Positions 32,795 through 43,300 of a stretch of 64,000 bases of DNA are shown in pieces. Below the pieces are notes generated by a model. It made no database searches, was not told where the DNA came from, and was given only the letters and a program-made list of their open reading frames with translations. A program made the position numbers and the translations under genes. Positions within the stretch are counted from its first letter, which is position 1. Each line of letters starts with the position of its first letter. Source of the DNA: Mytilus californianus. Lineage: Eukaryota. The stretch spans positions 4,960,001-5,024,000 of the forward strand of contig NW_026262667.1 in NCBI RefSeq assembly GCF_021869535.1, read 5' to 3'.

Positions 32795-33859
32795 ATGCAA
32801 CCCGAAACTCCAGTAAATACAAACAGGCTCCGTCATCACAGCAAGCCTACACCACCTGAACAAGATTCAAGTAAAAAATTCGCAATGTCTTCTCCGGGTT
32901 CCTCACCCGTTCATGTTGACCCTAACGCTATTCATCATGCTTCTGTCCCTGCAGGCCTCAGCTCTCTGCAATACCAACCAACGACTGGAACTACATCTGA
33001 AACTTTACCGCAGCCAATTACATGCACTTTAGCCCAGTCAGATATCCTTCAAATAGCCTTGCAATTAAAAGAGATGATACATTGTGAGATCGACTACACA
33101 ATCAAAGCCACAATAGATCAGTACAAATTTGAAATAGAGAGGCTTAATAAAGAAAACCAATCGCTGCGTGATGGCATGGATGCGTTAGAACAATACAGTC
33201 GACGGGACTTAATTCGTATCAACGGCATTCCTGACGGTGGTATAGATGAATCTTCCATTCAAACAAACGAGTTAGTCAAAGATCTTATCAAAACCATCGA
33301 TGAACAACTAAAACCCGAAGACATCATTCGATCTCATAGAATTGGTAAACCACGCACAAGGGAAGGCAATGAAGACGGCCGAGTTAACAACAAGTTTCAG
33401 CCTCCTAGACAAATAATTGTCAAGATTAAGGATCATAATGTTAAAAAGAGGATCCTCAGATGCAGAAAATTCTTAAAAGGGAAAATAGAATACAAGTACG
33501 TCAGAATGAATGAGGACCTGACCAAGCCGAGAAACGCCATTGCATACAAAGCCAGACAGCTCAGCATTGAGCATCATCTAAGAGACACGTGGACAGTTGA
33601 TGGGAAAATTTATGTAAAGGACAATCAAATGCAAGTCCATGTTGTCAACACAATGCCAGCGTTCCTACGTTTTGTATCGATATACTGCTGTCCTGGTTCC
33701 ATGGACTTCCTTGATAGGCTAGACTACAACAACAAACAAAACAGACGCGAGTACACACCACCACAACTCATAACATATGCGGAAGCACGAGCGAAGGAAT
33801 TAGCAGAGAGAGCATCTTCAAATGCATCAGCTGAAAACACGAGTGTCCAAATTTCATGA
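32795..33859 (+). CDS. LINE ORF1p (coiled coil + RRM + CTD, L1/transposase_22-like)
   Basis: 354 aa. Coiled coil ending LEQYSRRDLIRINGIPD, then DIIRSHRIGK, PRQIIVKI, MNEDLT and WTVDGKIYVK, which are typical motifs of this ORF1 class. Confidence 0.85.
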   Translation: MQPETPVNTNRLRHHSKPTPPEQDSSKKFAMSSPGSSPVHVDPNAIHHASVPAGLSSLQYQPTTGTTSETLPQPITCTLAQSDILQIALQLKEMIHCEIDYTIKATIDQYKFEIERLNKENQSLRDGMDALEQYSRRDLIRINGIPDGGIDESSIQTNELVKDLIKTIDEQLKPEDIIRSHRIGKPRTREGNEDGRVNNKFQPPRQIIVKIKDHNVKKRILRCRKFLKGKIEYKYVRMNEDLTKPRNAIAYKARQLSIEHHLRDTWTVDGKIYVKDNQMQVHVVNTMPAFLRFVSIYCCPGSMDFLDRLDYNNKQNRREYTPPQLITYAEARAKELAERASSNASAENTSVQIS

Positions 33860-34745
33860 TTTAACTTTGAATAAAACTGCATATATTGACAACATTTTTT
33901 TTTTTTTTGTGTACGTATTTCTACATGTATTCAGACTATTTGACAGTCCTGTTTCAGAATTTTTTGCTTTTTTTTGTATTGTTTATTTATTTGTTTATTT
34001 TTCTATAATTACATGCTACACAATTCTTGTACATAATACATCTAATTTGTAATTCATCCAAATTCCTGTTAAATACACGGGAATACTTACCTTGATCGCT
34101 GATTTGTCACGTGACAAATTTTAACGTATTGAAGTTCACAACACAAACTCTCATAGTAAAATAAATTACTCATGCGTGAAAAAGGTAAAACTATAACGGT
34201 TGTTTTTACATGATGTTAAAATCCATGGTAAGGAAATTTTCATGGCTAACTTCAAGCTCCTAAAACAACTTTAAAAAAGAAGATATTACTTTCAATTTGT
34301 AAATTTTATCGTATACAAGCAATCTTTAAACAAAACGTACAGCGATTTGTACTGTTTAAAACGTGTATGCTTACTATAAATGGTAAATTGTATGGACAGA
34401 TCTTGTCAATTCAGCGATCAAATAATCAATCAGGCAATATCAAATCGAGTTGATTTGACACGGCTGGTATTTACAGTTGTACTGAATTACTACGTAGATA
34501 AAGTTGTATCATTTATACATGTGTATACTCATTCCTCCAAACTACTTGTTCAATCCATGTACATGTGCATACTTTTTCTTTTGCTTCATGCATATAACAT
34601 ATTGTTATTCAATTTTTGTTCTCACAATTTTTTCTTACTTTTTACTTACACTTTTTTCACAAAACAAACGAAATGCTATGGATTATTTAACTTTGTATAC
34701 GGCCGCTCTCAGTTTGACCAATTTCAGCCAGATGTAACATAACTC

Positions 34746-37700
34746 ATGGGGGTAGGAATCGAATTATATCGTATGAGAGTTGGCCAATACTCACCAGGCA
34801 AAAACATCAAACAAAGACTAAATTATATTGATTTTATCTGTATCAACTCATTTTTCGCTTGTAAAAGTGTCTCGCAGGCACTGGTGTTATCAATTTTAAT
34901 CTTCACGTTGTCGCATCAACTAGGCGTGTGCCCTAAACCTTCAGAGATGAAACATGTAGACTCAAATGTACAAAAAACAACAAGTGTAAATGTGAATCTT
35001 AGACTATTTATTATTTCATTTTTACTATTTGTTATACAAATTTTGCTAATCCTAGCAGGAATAGAGGTAAATCCAGGTCCAAGTGACGATATCGATTCTT
35101 CTCAAAGTTCAATTAACTCAACTGACATGTCGGATTTCAGTGAACTTTTCTCAAAATCAGTCTCAATTCTTCACTTAAATGTACAAAGCCTAGCCCCGAA
35201 AATAGATCTGATTCAAGCTGAATATTCTGATTTCGACATTTTAGCGTTTAGTGAAACCTGGTTAAACAATAATCATACAGACGAATCAATTGAAATCCTA
35301 AATTACCAGCACCCCTTCCGTCGTGACAGAGGTCAACACAAGGTTGGAGGGGGGATAATTGTTTATGTAAAAAATGATATACATGTTCAACGTCGAAGTG
35401 ACCTCGAAAGCGAAAGTTTGGAAGCAATATGGTTAGAACTTAAATTTAAAGATAAAAAGGCTTTGCTCGGAACCTTTTATATACCTCCTAATAGTGGATC
35501 AGATATCTGGGAAAAAATTGAATATTCTCTTGATATGGCGTCTAATGATAATACTATTAATTATATAATGGCCACTGGTGATTTTAACGATAACCAACTA
35601 GCCCCTGTTAATTCAAAAATTACACCTTTGTTAAGCCAATTTAGTCTTACTCAAATGATAGACGAACCTACTCATTTTACTGAATCGTCGTCATCATTGT
35701 TAGACCTTTTTATAACAAACGATGCTCACATAATAACATACTGTGGAGTCGGACCACCTTTATTAGACCAAATACGTTTTCACTGTCCTATCATTAGTCT
35801 TTTGAACTTTCCAAAATGTCGTCAAAAAACTTTTAAGCGAAAAATTTGGCTATATGATCGAGGAGATTATGACAGATATCGTAACATTTTATCTGAAAAA
35901 AATTGGGATTCCGTAATAAACTTAAATAACGTTGAACAATTTACAACCGAAATAACAAAAACTATCATAGAAGCTGCTGAAAAATGTATTCCAAATAAAA
36001 TAATAATTGTTCGTAAAAATGAACCTCCATGGCTAACAAATGATGTTAAAAAAATGATAAGGAAAAAAAATAGAATCCACAGAAAGGCTAAAAAATATAA
36101 TAACCAATCGGATCGGTCAAAATTTAAGAAAATACGAAATGAAGTTACCAGTTTAATAAGAAAATCAAAGGATGATTATAACAACAATTTAATTAAAAAA
36201 ATCATGAACAGTAACCCGTCCACTACTAATTGGTGGAAAACGGTCAAACAAATATCCGGATTAAAAACAAACGACGCAAGTATACCTCCATTAATGGTTA
36301 ATAACAACTTAATATTTGATGAAATCGAAAAGGCAAATGAATTTAATCGATTTTTTTCTTCCCAGTCAAATATTGATGATTCAAGTGCTATGTTACCTGA
36401 AGAACTTCATACTATTAGTGATGACATTAGTTATATAGAACTTACGGTTACTGAAGTTGAAGATATATTGAAAATTGTTAATCCCACAAAAGCTTCTGGC
36501 CCAGACCTCATAAGTCCCAAATTGTTAAAAGAAGCATCTTCTGTTTTGAAGTATCCACTATGTAAGCTATTTAACTTATCGTTAAGTACGTCTACTTTTC
36601 CAGATCAATGGAAAAGAGCAAATGTCACCCCAGTTTATAAAAATAGTAAACCGAATGACGTTAAAAACTATAGACCTATTTCCTTGTTGAGTGTAATTTC
36701 AAAGTGTATGGAACGTTGTGTATATAAACATGTTTACAATCACTTTAAGCGTAATAATATTTTAACGAAAAATCAGTCAGGCTTTACACGGGGGGATTCA
36801 GCGGTTAATCAATTAATTAACATTTCAAATGATTTTGGGAAGGCTTTAGATAGCGGTAAAGAAATAAGGGTAGTATTCTGTGATATAAGTAAAGCGTTTG
36901 ATCGAGTCTGGCATAAGGGACTGCTATTTAAACTTCAACAAGCGGGCATATCGGGTTCTTTACTAAGGTGGTTTGAAAATTATCTTACAAATAGAGTCCA
37001 GCGGGTGGTTATTAACGGTTCAAGTTCCGAATGGTTACCTGTAAATGCAGGCGTCCCACAAGGGTCCATTCTGGGCCCTCTCCTTTTTTTGATATTTATA
37101 AACGATATAATAGAAGACATTCAAGCTCAAATTAAGCTATTCGCAGATGACACTTCATTGTATATTATGGTTGACAATCCAACAGAAACAGCTACAATTT
37201 TAAATAACGATCTAGATAAGATTTATAATTGGTCAAAAAAATGGCTTGTGAATTTTAATGCCCAAAAAACTGAAAGTATGATAATTTCAAAAAAAATAAA
37301 TAGACCCTTTCATCCTCCATTAAATATGAATACCCAAGAGCTACAAACAGTAAGTAAACACAAACATCTAGGTGTCTTTTTTTCTAACAACGGATCCTGG
37401 AACGACCATATTGAATACATAGTTTCTAAATCGTATAAAAGAATAAATATAATGAGAAAAATGAAAAATGTTCTTGATAGGTTTACACTTGAAAAAATTT
37501 ACATATCATTTGTTCGCCCAATTCTTGAATATGCCGATGTCGTTTGGGACTCTCAAAATCAGAATTTGATTGCTAAACTTGAAAATATTCAGCTTGACGC
37601 AGCGCGTATCGTCACGGGGGGTACTAAACTTACCAGTATAAACAATTTATATGTTGAAACTCGATGGGAAAAATTATCTGAAAGACGACGCAATCATAGA

Positions 37701-38300
37701 TTAATTCATTATCACAAAATTTTGAATAATAAAACCCCAGAGTATTTAAGAGACTTATTGCCCGATTCAGTAGGAAGTAGGCATGATCATAATACAAGAC
37801 AAAGAAATAATATTACACAAGTCAATACTCGGACCCGTTTATATTCTGAATATTTCATCCCAGCAACAACAAAACTATGGAACACTCTTAACTTAAACAT
37901 AAGAAAATGTGAATCTCTATCATTATTCAAAAAACAAATTAGTACCCAAAATTGTAAGGTCCCAGCGTATTATTATATAGGACATCGTTTTGGTCAAATT
38001 CTTCATGCTCGCTTAAGAATGGATTCAAGTTCATTGAATTCTCACCTATTCGTTCGTAATTTGGTAGACTCTCCAAATTGTCGTTGTGGTGATGTAGAAA
38101 CAAATTCTCACTTCCTGTTATCTTGTCCCATATACACTGATTTAAGACATGAACTATTAGATTCTGTTTCAGTTCTTCCTGTCCAAGTTAACACAAAAAC
38201 TTTGCTTTTTGGATCAACGGTACTCTCGGATGAGCAAAATAGTCTTTTATTTAGTTTGGTGCAGAAATATATTATTAAAAGTAAACGTTTTAACCCTTGA
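34746..38300 (+). CDS. LINE ORF2p: leader + 2A-like motif + APE endonuclease + reverse transcriptase + C-terminal Cys/His domain
   Basis: 1184 aa with no stops. APE motifs HLNVQSL, FSETWL, GGGIIVYVK, GDFN, LLDLFIT. RT motifs YRPISLLS, FCDISKAFDRVW, GVPQGSILGPLLFLIFIND, FADDT. C-terminal CRCGDVETNSHFLLSC. Confidence 0.95.
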   Translation: MGVGIELYRMRVGQYSPGKNIKQRLNYIDFICINSFFACKSVSQALVLSILIFTLSHQLGVCPKPSEMKHVDSNVQKTTSVNVNLRLFIISFLLFVIQILLILAGIEVNPGPSDDIDSSQSSINSTDMSDFSELFSKSVSILHLNVQSLAPKIDLIQAEYSDFDILAFSETWLNNNHTDESIEILNYQHPFRRDRGQHKVGGGIIVYVKNDIHVQRRSDLESESLEAIWLELKFKDKKALLGTFYIPPNSGSDIWEKIEYSLDMASNDNTINYIMATGDFNDNQLAPVNSKITPLLSQFSLTQMIDEPTHFTESSSSLLDLFITNDAHIITYCGVGPPLLDQIRFHCPIISLLNFPKCRQKTFKRKIWLYDRGDYDRYRNILSEKNWDSVINLNNVEQFTTEITKTIIEAAEKCIPNKIIIVRKNEPPWLTNDVKKMIRKKNRIHRKAKKYNNQSDRSKFKKIRNEVTSLIRKSKDDYNNNLIKKIMNSNPSTTNWWKTVKQISGLKTNDASIPPLMVNNNLIFDEIEKANEFNRFFSSQSNIDDSSAMLPEELHTISDDISYIELTVTEVEDILKIVNPTKASGPDLISPKLLKEASSVLKYPLCKLFNLSLSTSTFPDQWKRANVTPVYKNSKPNDVKNYRPISLLSVISKCMERCVYKHVYNHFKRNNILTKNQSGFTRGDSAVNQLINISNDFGKALDSGKEIRVVFCDISKAFDRVWHKGLLFKLQQAGISGSLLRWFENYLTNRVQRVVINGSSSEWLPVNAGVPQGSILGPLLFLIFINDIIEDIQAQIKLFADDTSLYIMVDNPTETATILNNDLDKIYNWSKKWLVNFNAQKTESMIISKKINRPFHPPLNMNTQELQTVSKHKHLGVFFSNNGSWNDHIEYIVSKSYKRINIMRKMKNVLDRFTLEKIYISFVRPILEYADVVWDSQNQNLIAKLENIQLDAARIVTGGTKLTSINNLYVETRWEKLSERRRNHRLIHYHKILNNKTPEYLRDLLPDSVGSRHDHNTRQRNNITQVNTRTRLYSEYFIPATTKLWNTLNLNIRKCESLSLFKKQISTQNCKVPAYYYIGHRFGQILHARLRMDSSSLNSHLFVRNLVDSPNCRCGDVETNSHFLLSCPIYTDLRHELLDSVSVLPVQVNTKTLLFGSTVLSDEQNSLLFSLVQKYIIKSKRFNP

Positions 38301-39857
38301 TGTTAATGCTTCATCATTCAATAGAAACCCAAGCATTTCACACCGTATAGATTACAATAATTCATGTTTATAATTTTTTTTTTTTTTTTTTTTTTTCTTT
38401 TCTCATTAATTATTTTTTTTTCTTCTTCTTCTTCTTCTTCTTCTTTCACCTTTTTTCATATTGATATATTTATTACAGAGCATGCCAGTATTTATATTTA
38501 TGTATTGTCCAATAAGTGTATTATTTTTTGTAAAAGGAGACAGATTTGTAAAAGCAAATTGCTTGTTTCTGAATCCTTAATATTATTTCATTTGTATAAT
38601 ATCGTTTAATGTTGATTTATCTGAATAAATATTGTTTAAACCAAGCATTAAACCGGCTACTTTTCTTGATCATAAGTTATCGGTGCCACGTTTATCCGGT
38701 TCTCTATGGTAGTTTTCTATCTCCAGATTTATTTACGTTGATGTCTAACATTCCTAAATGATTTGAAGAACAGAATTGCCAGCATATTATTATTCAATCG
38801 TTAGACACGTGCAAATATTACAAATGCATAAATAGTTGGAATTCTTACCTGTGATTGCAAAATTTAATAACCTCTCTCCGCTTCAGCTAGCACCAATATC
38901 CGATGTCGCTCCCATACGGTGGGAGTGGACTGAAATGAGCAATTGAAAAAAAAACTTTTCTGATACGAGTTAATTAGTGTGTACTTTCGTTTTCTTTTTT
39001 TTATGTTCAAAAGTTTTGTTTTGCAAAATATTGCTCGTCCGGCTCCTACGCCAGTGTACACTCAAATTCTTTGTTTGTGATTTGTCCTATAGTATCACTC
39101 GATTCTAATGTAACAGGAGTCGAGTTTCCACTGTTTCGTTTTAGTCTATATAGAAATAAGGAGATGTGGTATGATTGCCAATGAAATCAATATCTACCAG
39201 TACTTAGTTGCTCAAAACAGTTGACCAATGGATAAGACTTGTCCACTGGATAAGTTACACTGATTTCAACATGCTTTATTCACTGGTCAACAGTTCAGTG
39301 GATAAAAGTTTCTAGCAGCCCAGTCCAGGGTTCAAATAACGTGAATGTAAGCTTTTATAAGTCACCGTATGGTACGGCCTTCAACAATGAGAAGAAAAAA
39401 AACATGCACTATAGTCATATATAAAAGGGCCTGAAACAATTCAAACGAAAATACTAATGGCCTTATTAAATTTTACGAAAAACAAATATCACAGACATGA
39501 GCCTATTTGTCAACATTTTACACCTCGATGTCATTCGTTGTAAAGAATGAATATATACTAAGATATTTACAAATATAATGCTTGCTCGTGTTAAAATGGG
39601 CATCATAGAGCATGACATGAAATTATTTCTTAAATAGAACAGATCGACAACCGCTGGGCAACAGGTATATATATCACACAAAATATTTATTTTATATTAT
39701 GCACTAAGAGGGATAACTCTAAAAAAAATTATCTTGTCGTTTCCCCCAAATTAGAACGATTCCAAATTTCATATTTGGAAATACAGAGGTCTACAAAAAG
39801 TTTATAAATATATTAAAACTAACTAAAACATTTTAAACAACAACCCCGATTCTATTT

Positions 39858-40050
39858 TATATAAAGAGAGTAACAACTGTTAGGAAGGATACTAATCTCC
39901 ACTGAGGCCTTCAGAATAACACTATTCTATTTTTCAGTGCCGTTGAATATATTATTTGTATTTAGAGAAATTGGTTAAAATTAAGTATCATTGATAGTTC
40001 CTTAAGTATGTCTCCAGAGACCAGTCGGGTTAATTCGGTGGTGCAAACAG
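39858..40050 (+). promoter_or_regulatory. Possible TATA box and non-coding first exon of the lipase gene
   Basis: TATATAAA at 39858-39865 and a donor CAG|GTAATT after 40050. The first coding exon has its own acceptor (ttacag ending 40386) 12 nt before the ATG, so an upstream UTR exon is implied. Confidence 0.35.
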
Positions 40051-40398
40051 GTAATTTTTTGATACCTTTTGTGCTAGAGAATGACACTAGTACGGGTAAA
40101 TTAATGTAATGAGAGCTGGTTCTCCCTTGTTGTCATCCCGACGTCTGCCAAGCTGCCTGGATATTGTACAAACCGCGTCAATATAAGTAAAATGTTTATA
40201 TAGATAACACGACTGGAACTTAGATTTCGTCCTTGTAATACATGAGCCAAGTGAGCCTCAACTTTACATTCCTATGCAGTTTGTCATTCATTTGTCATTA
40301 TCAGTACGGATTCTATATATTTGCCTTGCTGACAATTTAGGACTCTCTTATCTCTAATATTTGATATTCATCTTGTGAACTTACAGGACGGAGAGAAC

Positions 40399-43300
40399 AT
40401 GAACAATTTTCATTCCCTTTTGATAATTGGTGAGCACATATTATGATTATTTTTTGCTTTTATGAATATATATTTTATAAAAGTCCTTTTTGTAGGTATT
40501 TTAGAAGTTATGATTTTTGATTAACGTACTTAAAAAGGTAGCAATAATTTCTCATTCATGCAGCAGTATTGTAATTGTAAAATGAAAACTCTTCTAACAC
40601 CAAATATCGCAATTGTTTTTAAGTTCGTTTTCTTTGGGGTTTCTTTGCGTTTTTTTAATTGTTTTCTTCGTTTTCATGTTTTAAATTTCTTGTGATAGCT
40701 TACAGTTTTTCGAGGCTACAATTTAATACAATACAATACAATACAATACAATATTTTTATTTTTCCAAATTAAAGGGCCCATTAAGAGCATAACATTAAT
40801 AACAGCATGACATAAACATTACAGAGTGATTAAAGAAACATAAAATAATAGTTCAAATGCATGAGGAAAGGGTCAGTGGTCAAGGGGAGATAATTTTGCT
40901 ATCTATTTAACTAATTTTCTGATTTTCTAAGTTGCAGGCCTTTATCAAGGTATGAACATAAAATAGATAAAAAACTGCTATCTTCATTACTCATGATCCA
41001 TGTAAAAAGATCATTTCTGTTTAAATTAACTAAACTGGGGTATTTTTTTATATAATCAGTCATATCTCTTCTGAGGTTATTGTAAAGAGGACATTCCAGA
41101 AGAAAGTGCATTTCATTTTCAATAGAATTTGAATTACAATTTAATAGACTGTTAGTGCATCGTGTAAGGGTATGGTAAATACAGATTATCATCAAATAAC
41201 ACGGCAGTTGCGTTTCAGTAAAATACGCGCCAATATTTGATCATACATTGTATTTTCAAAATTCTCAACTGACGATAGCTATATTTGAAACCATTTTTTT
41301 TCTAAATGTTGTTCAGCTGAATGCAGTGGTAGAACATTAGCTATATATTTAAGATTATCATTTTCTGAGACATTGCTATTCAGTAAAACTTGGGTTGTGT
41401 TCTTTTTTCAGTGATTAGTCTTACTACAGTATTAGAAGCTACCAAAAAAACGACACAGAGTCATGGACCAAGTACAGTAACGGTCACCACACCAAGGATT
41501 AACGAAAACAAAACGAAATGCTATCCTTTTGTTGGCTGTTTTGACAACTTTCCACCATTCGATAATGCAAAACTAAATCTTCCTAAGTCACCACAAGAAG
41601 TTGGAACTCAAATGCAGATATTTACCAATAGTAACCCACAGAATGGTTACTTCTTAAATTTCACAGACTTGGGTACTATAACCAAATCTCCATTTAAACC
41701 CGGCCTTAAGATTAAGTTTATCATTCATGGATTTAGTAATACCATTAAGACACCGTGGATATATCAAATGAAAGACGAACTTTTGAAAATGGTAGGTGCA
41801 GAATTAGTAGTATTAAAAATCATTACAAGTGGAAATCATAAAACATTTGGGTACGCCGTTTCAAAACGTAAGATTAAAATGATTTGTTAAAAAAAAAATA
41901 CTATCACTATTTCAATACATGTTAGTCATTGAGTACAATGTCGCAGAGTGTTTATCATGGTATGATTAGTGACAGTCATTAGTGTTAAAATTGAATATAA
42001 AAATCTTTAATATCAATGCAGCTGATATATTCAGATATTCTTAAAATGTGAAAATCGCAATAATTACAAGATAGTAGCAAGATATCAAAGGGATATTCAA
42101 ACTCCTAAATCGAAGGCAAACTGACAATGCCATGGCAAAAAAATTAAATCGACAAAAAGACTAACAACAGTTTACTAAACACAACAGAAAACTAAAGATT
42201 AAGCAACATCAATCCCACCAAAAAAACGGGGGTGATCTTAGGTGCTCCGGAAGGGTAAGCAGATTATGCACCACATTTAACACCCATCGTGTTCTGCTCA
42301 TTTAAGTACACATTTTGTGATAAGTCTAGTTACGACAATTGGAACATATCCCATCATCATCTGTGAAACAGATATTCCATTATGGTCCACCAACTCGTGA
42401 TAGCGTCCGTAAAATTATTAAAGGGATGACTTCACCTTTTATCACTTAGAATCATTGGTTTAATATCTCCCTTGTAAGCAGAAACCCTCTATCTAGTAAA
42501 TAAAGATAGAAAACGCAAGTTCTGAAATACTGTATTAATTGTGAATTATATACTCCATATGCAGTCGCTGCTGGAATAGAAATGCAGAAAGTATAGAAAA
42601 TTGGGAGCTGAAATCATCTCCTTCGTCGTAAAGTTTTGTTCTTAACCAACCCTTATTGTCAATCATCATCTTTATAGAGGAACGTGAAGTAAAAAGATAA
42701 TGCTAGTTTCTTTTCATTCTTTAAAAGAAGCTCCTGTATGAAGTTTGTCCCATGTGTATAAGAAACAATTAAGCAAAGAGCACAGTTGGTTTTCATAGGA
42801 ATGTCGATTGTTTGTTGAAAAAACACCTCCTCGAAATATAACAAATATGTTATCAACCAAGACATCAAGCATCTTGACATTGTCGGTTTCGGAGAATTTT
42901 TTGTTTGAATCAGGATGATTTTATTTTACGAAGTAAGATTTATCCAACCCTTAACAAGGTGTTTGTATCTACGTTGATCAGTCTTTTTTATGAAACAAAG
43001 TTGGACCAATTCTTTCAATCTCTCTTTAAGTTTTGCATTGGAAATACCTGTGTAAAGGGTAGAAAAGTCAAATGTTTCTATACTATTGCAAGTTAAATAG
43101 ACTAAGATTGTATGTACTCTAACAGATCTTTGGAATTATTCAGTTTCTGATTCACACCGCCCCTAGAGTATGTACTGCAGCCCGGCTTTGATTGCCCATA
43201 AAATTTATTTTAATAGTTTGTAAGGATACTTATCTAACTTAGATATCCAACAGAGTGAAGGAAATTCTAGTTCTTCGTCTATGATTAGATTACAAAGGAA

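Larger units (their letters stand above)
32200..38644 (+). mobile_element. Full-length CR1/L2-group non-LTR retrotransposon (LINE), both ORFs intact
   Basis: ORF1 plus ORF2 (APE-RT), followed by a T-rich 3' UTR ending AATAAA (38624) ...gtttaaaccaa. The 5' boundary is estimated from the GC-richer head at about 32200 and is uncertain. No clear TSD found. Confidence 0.88.
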
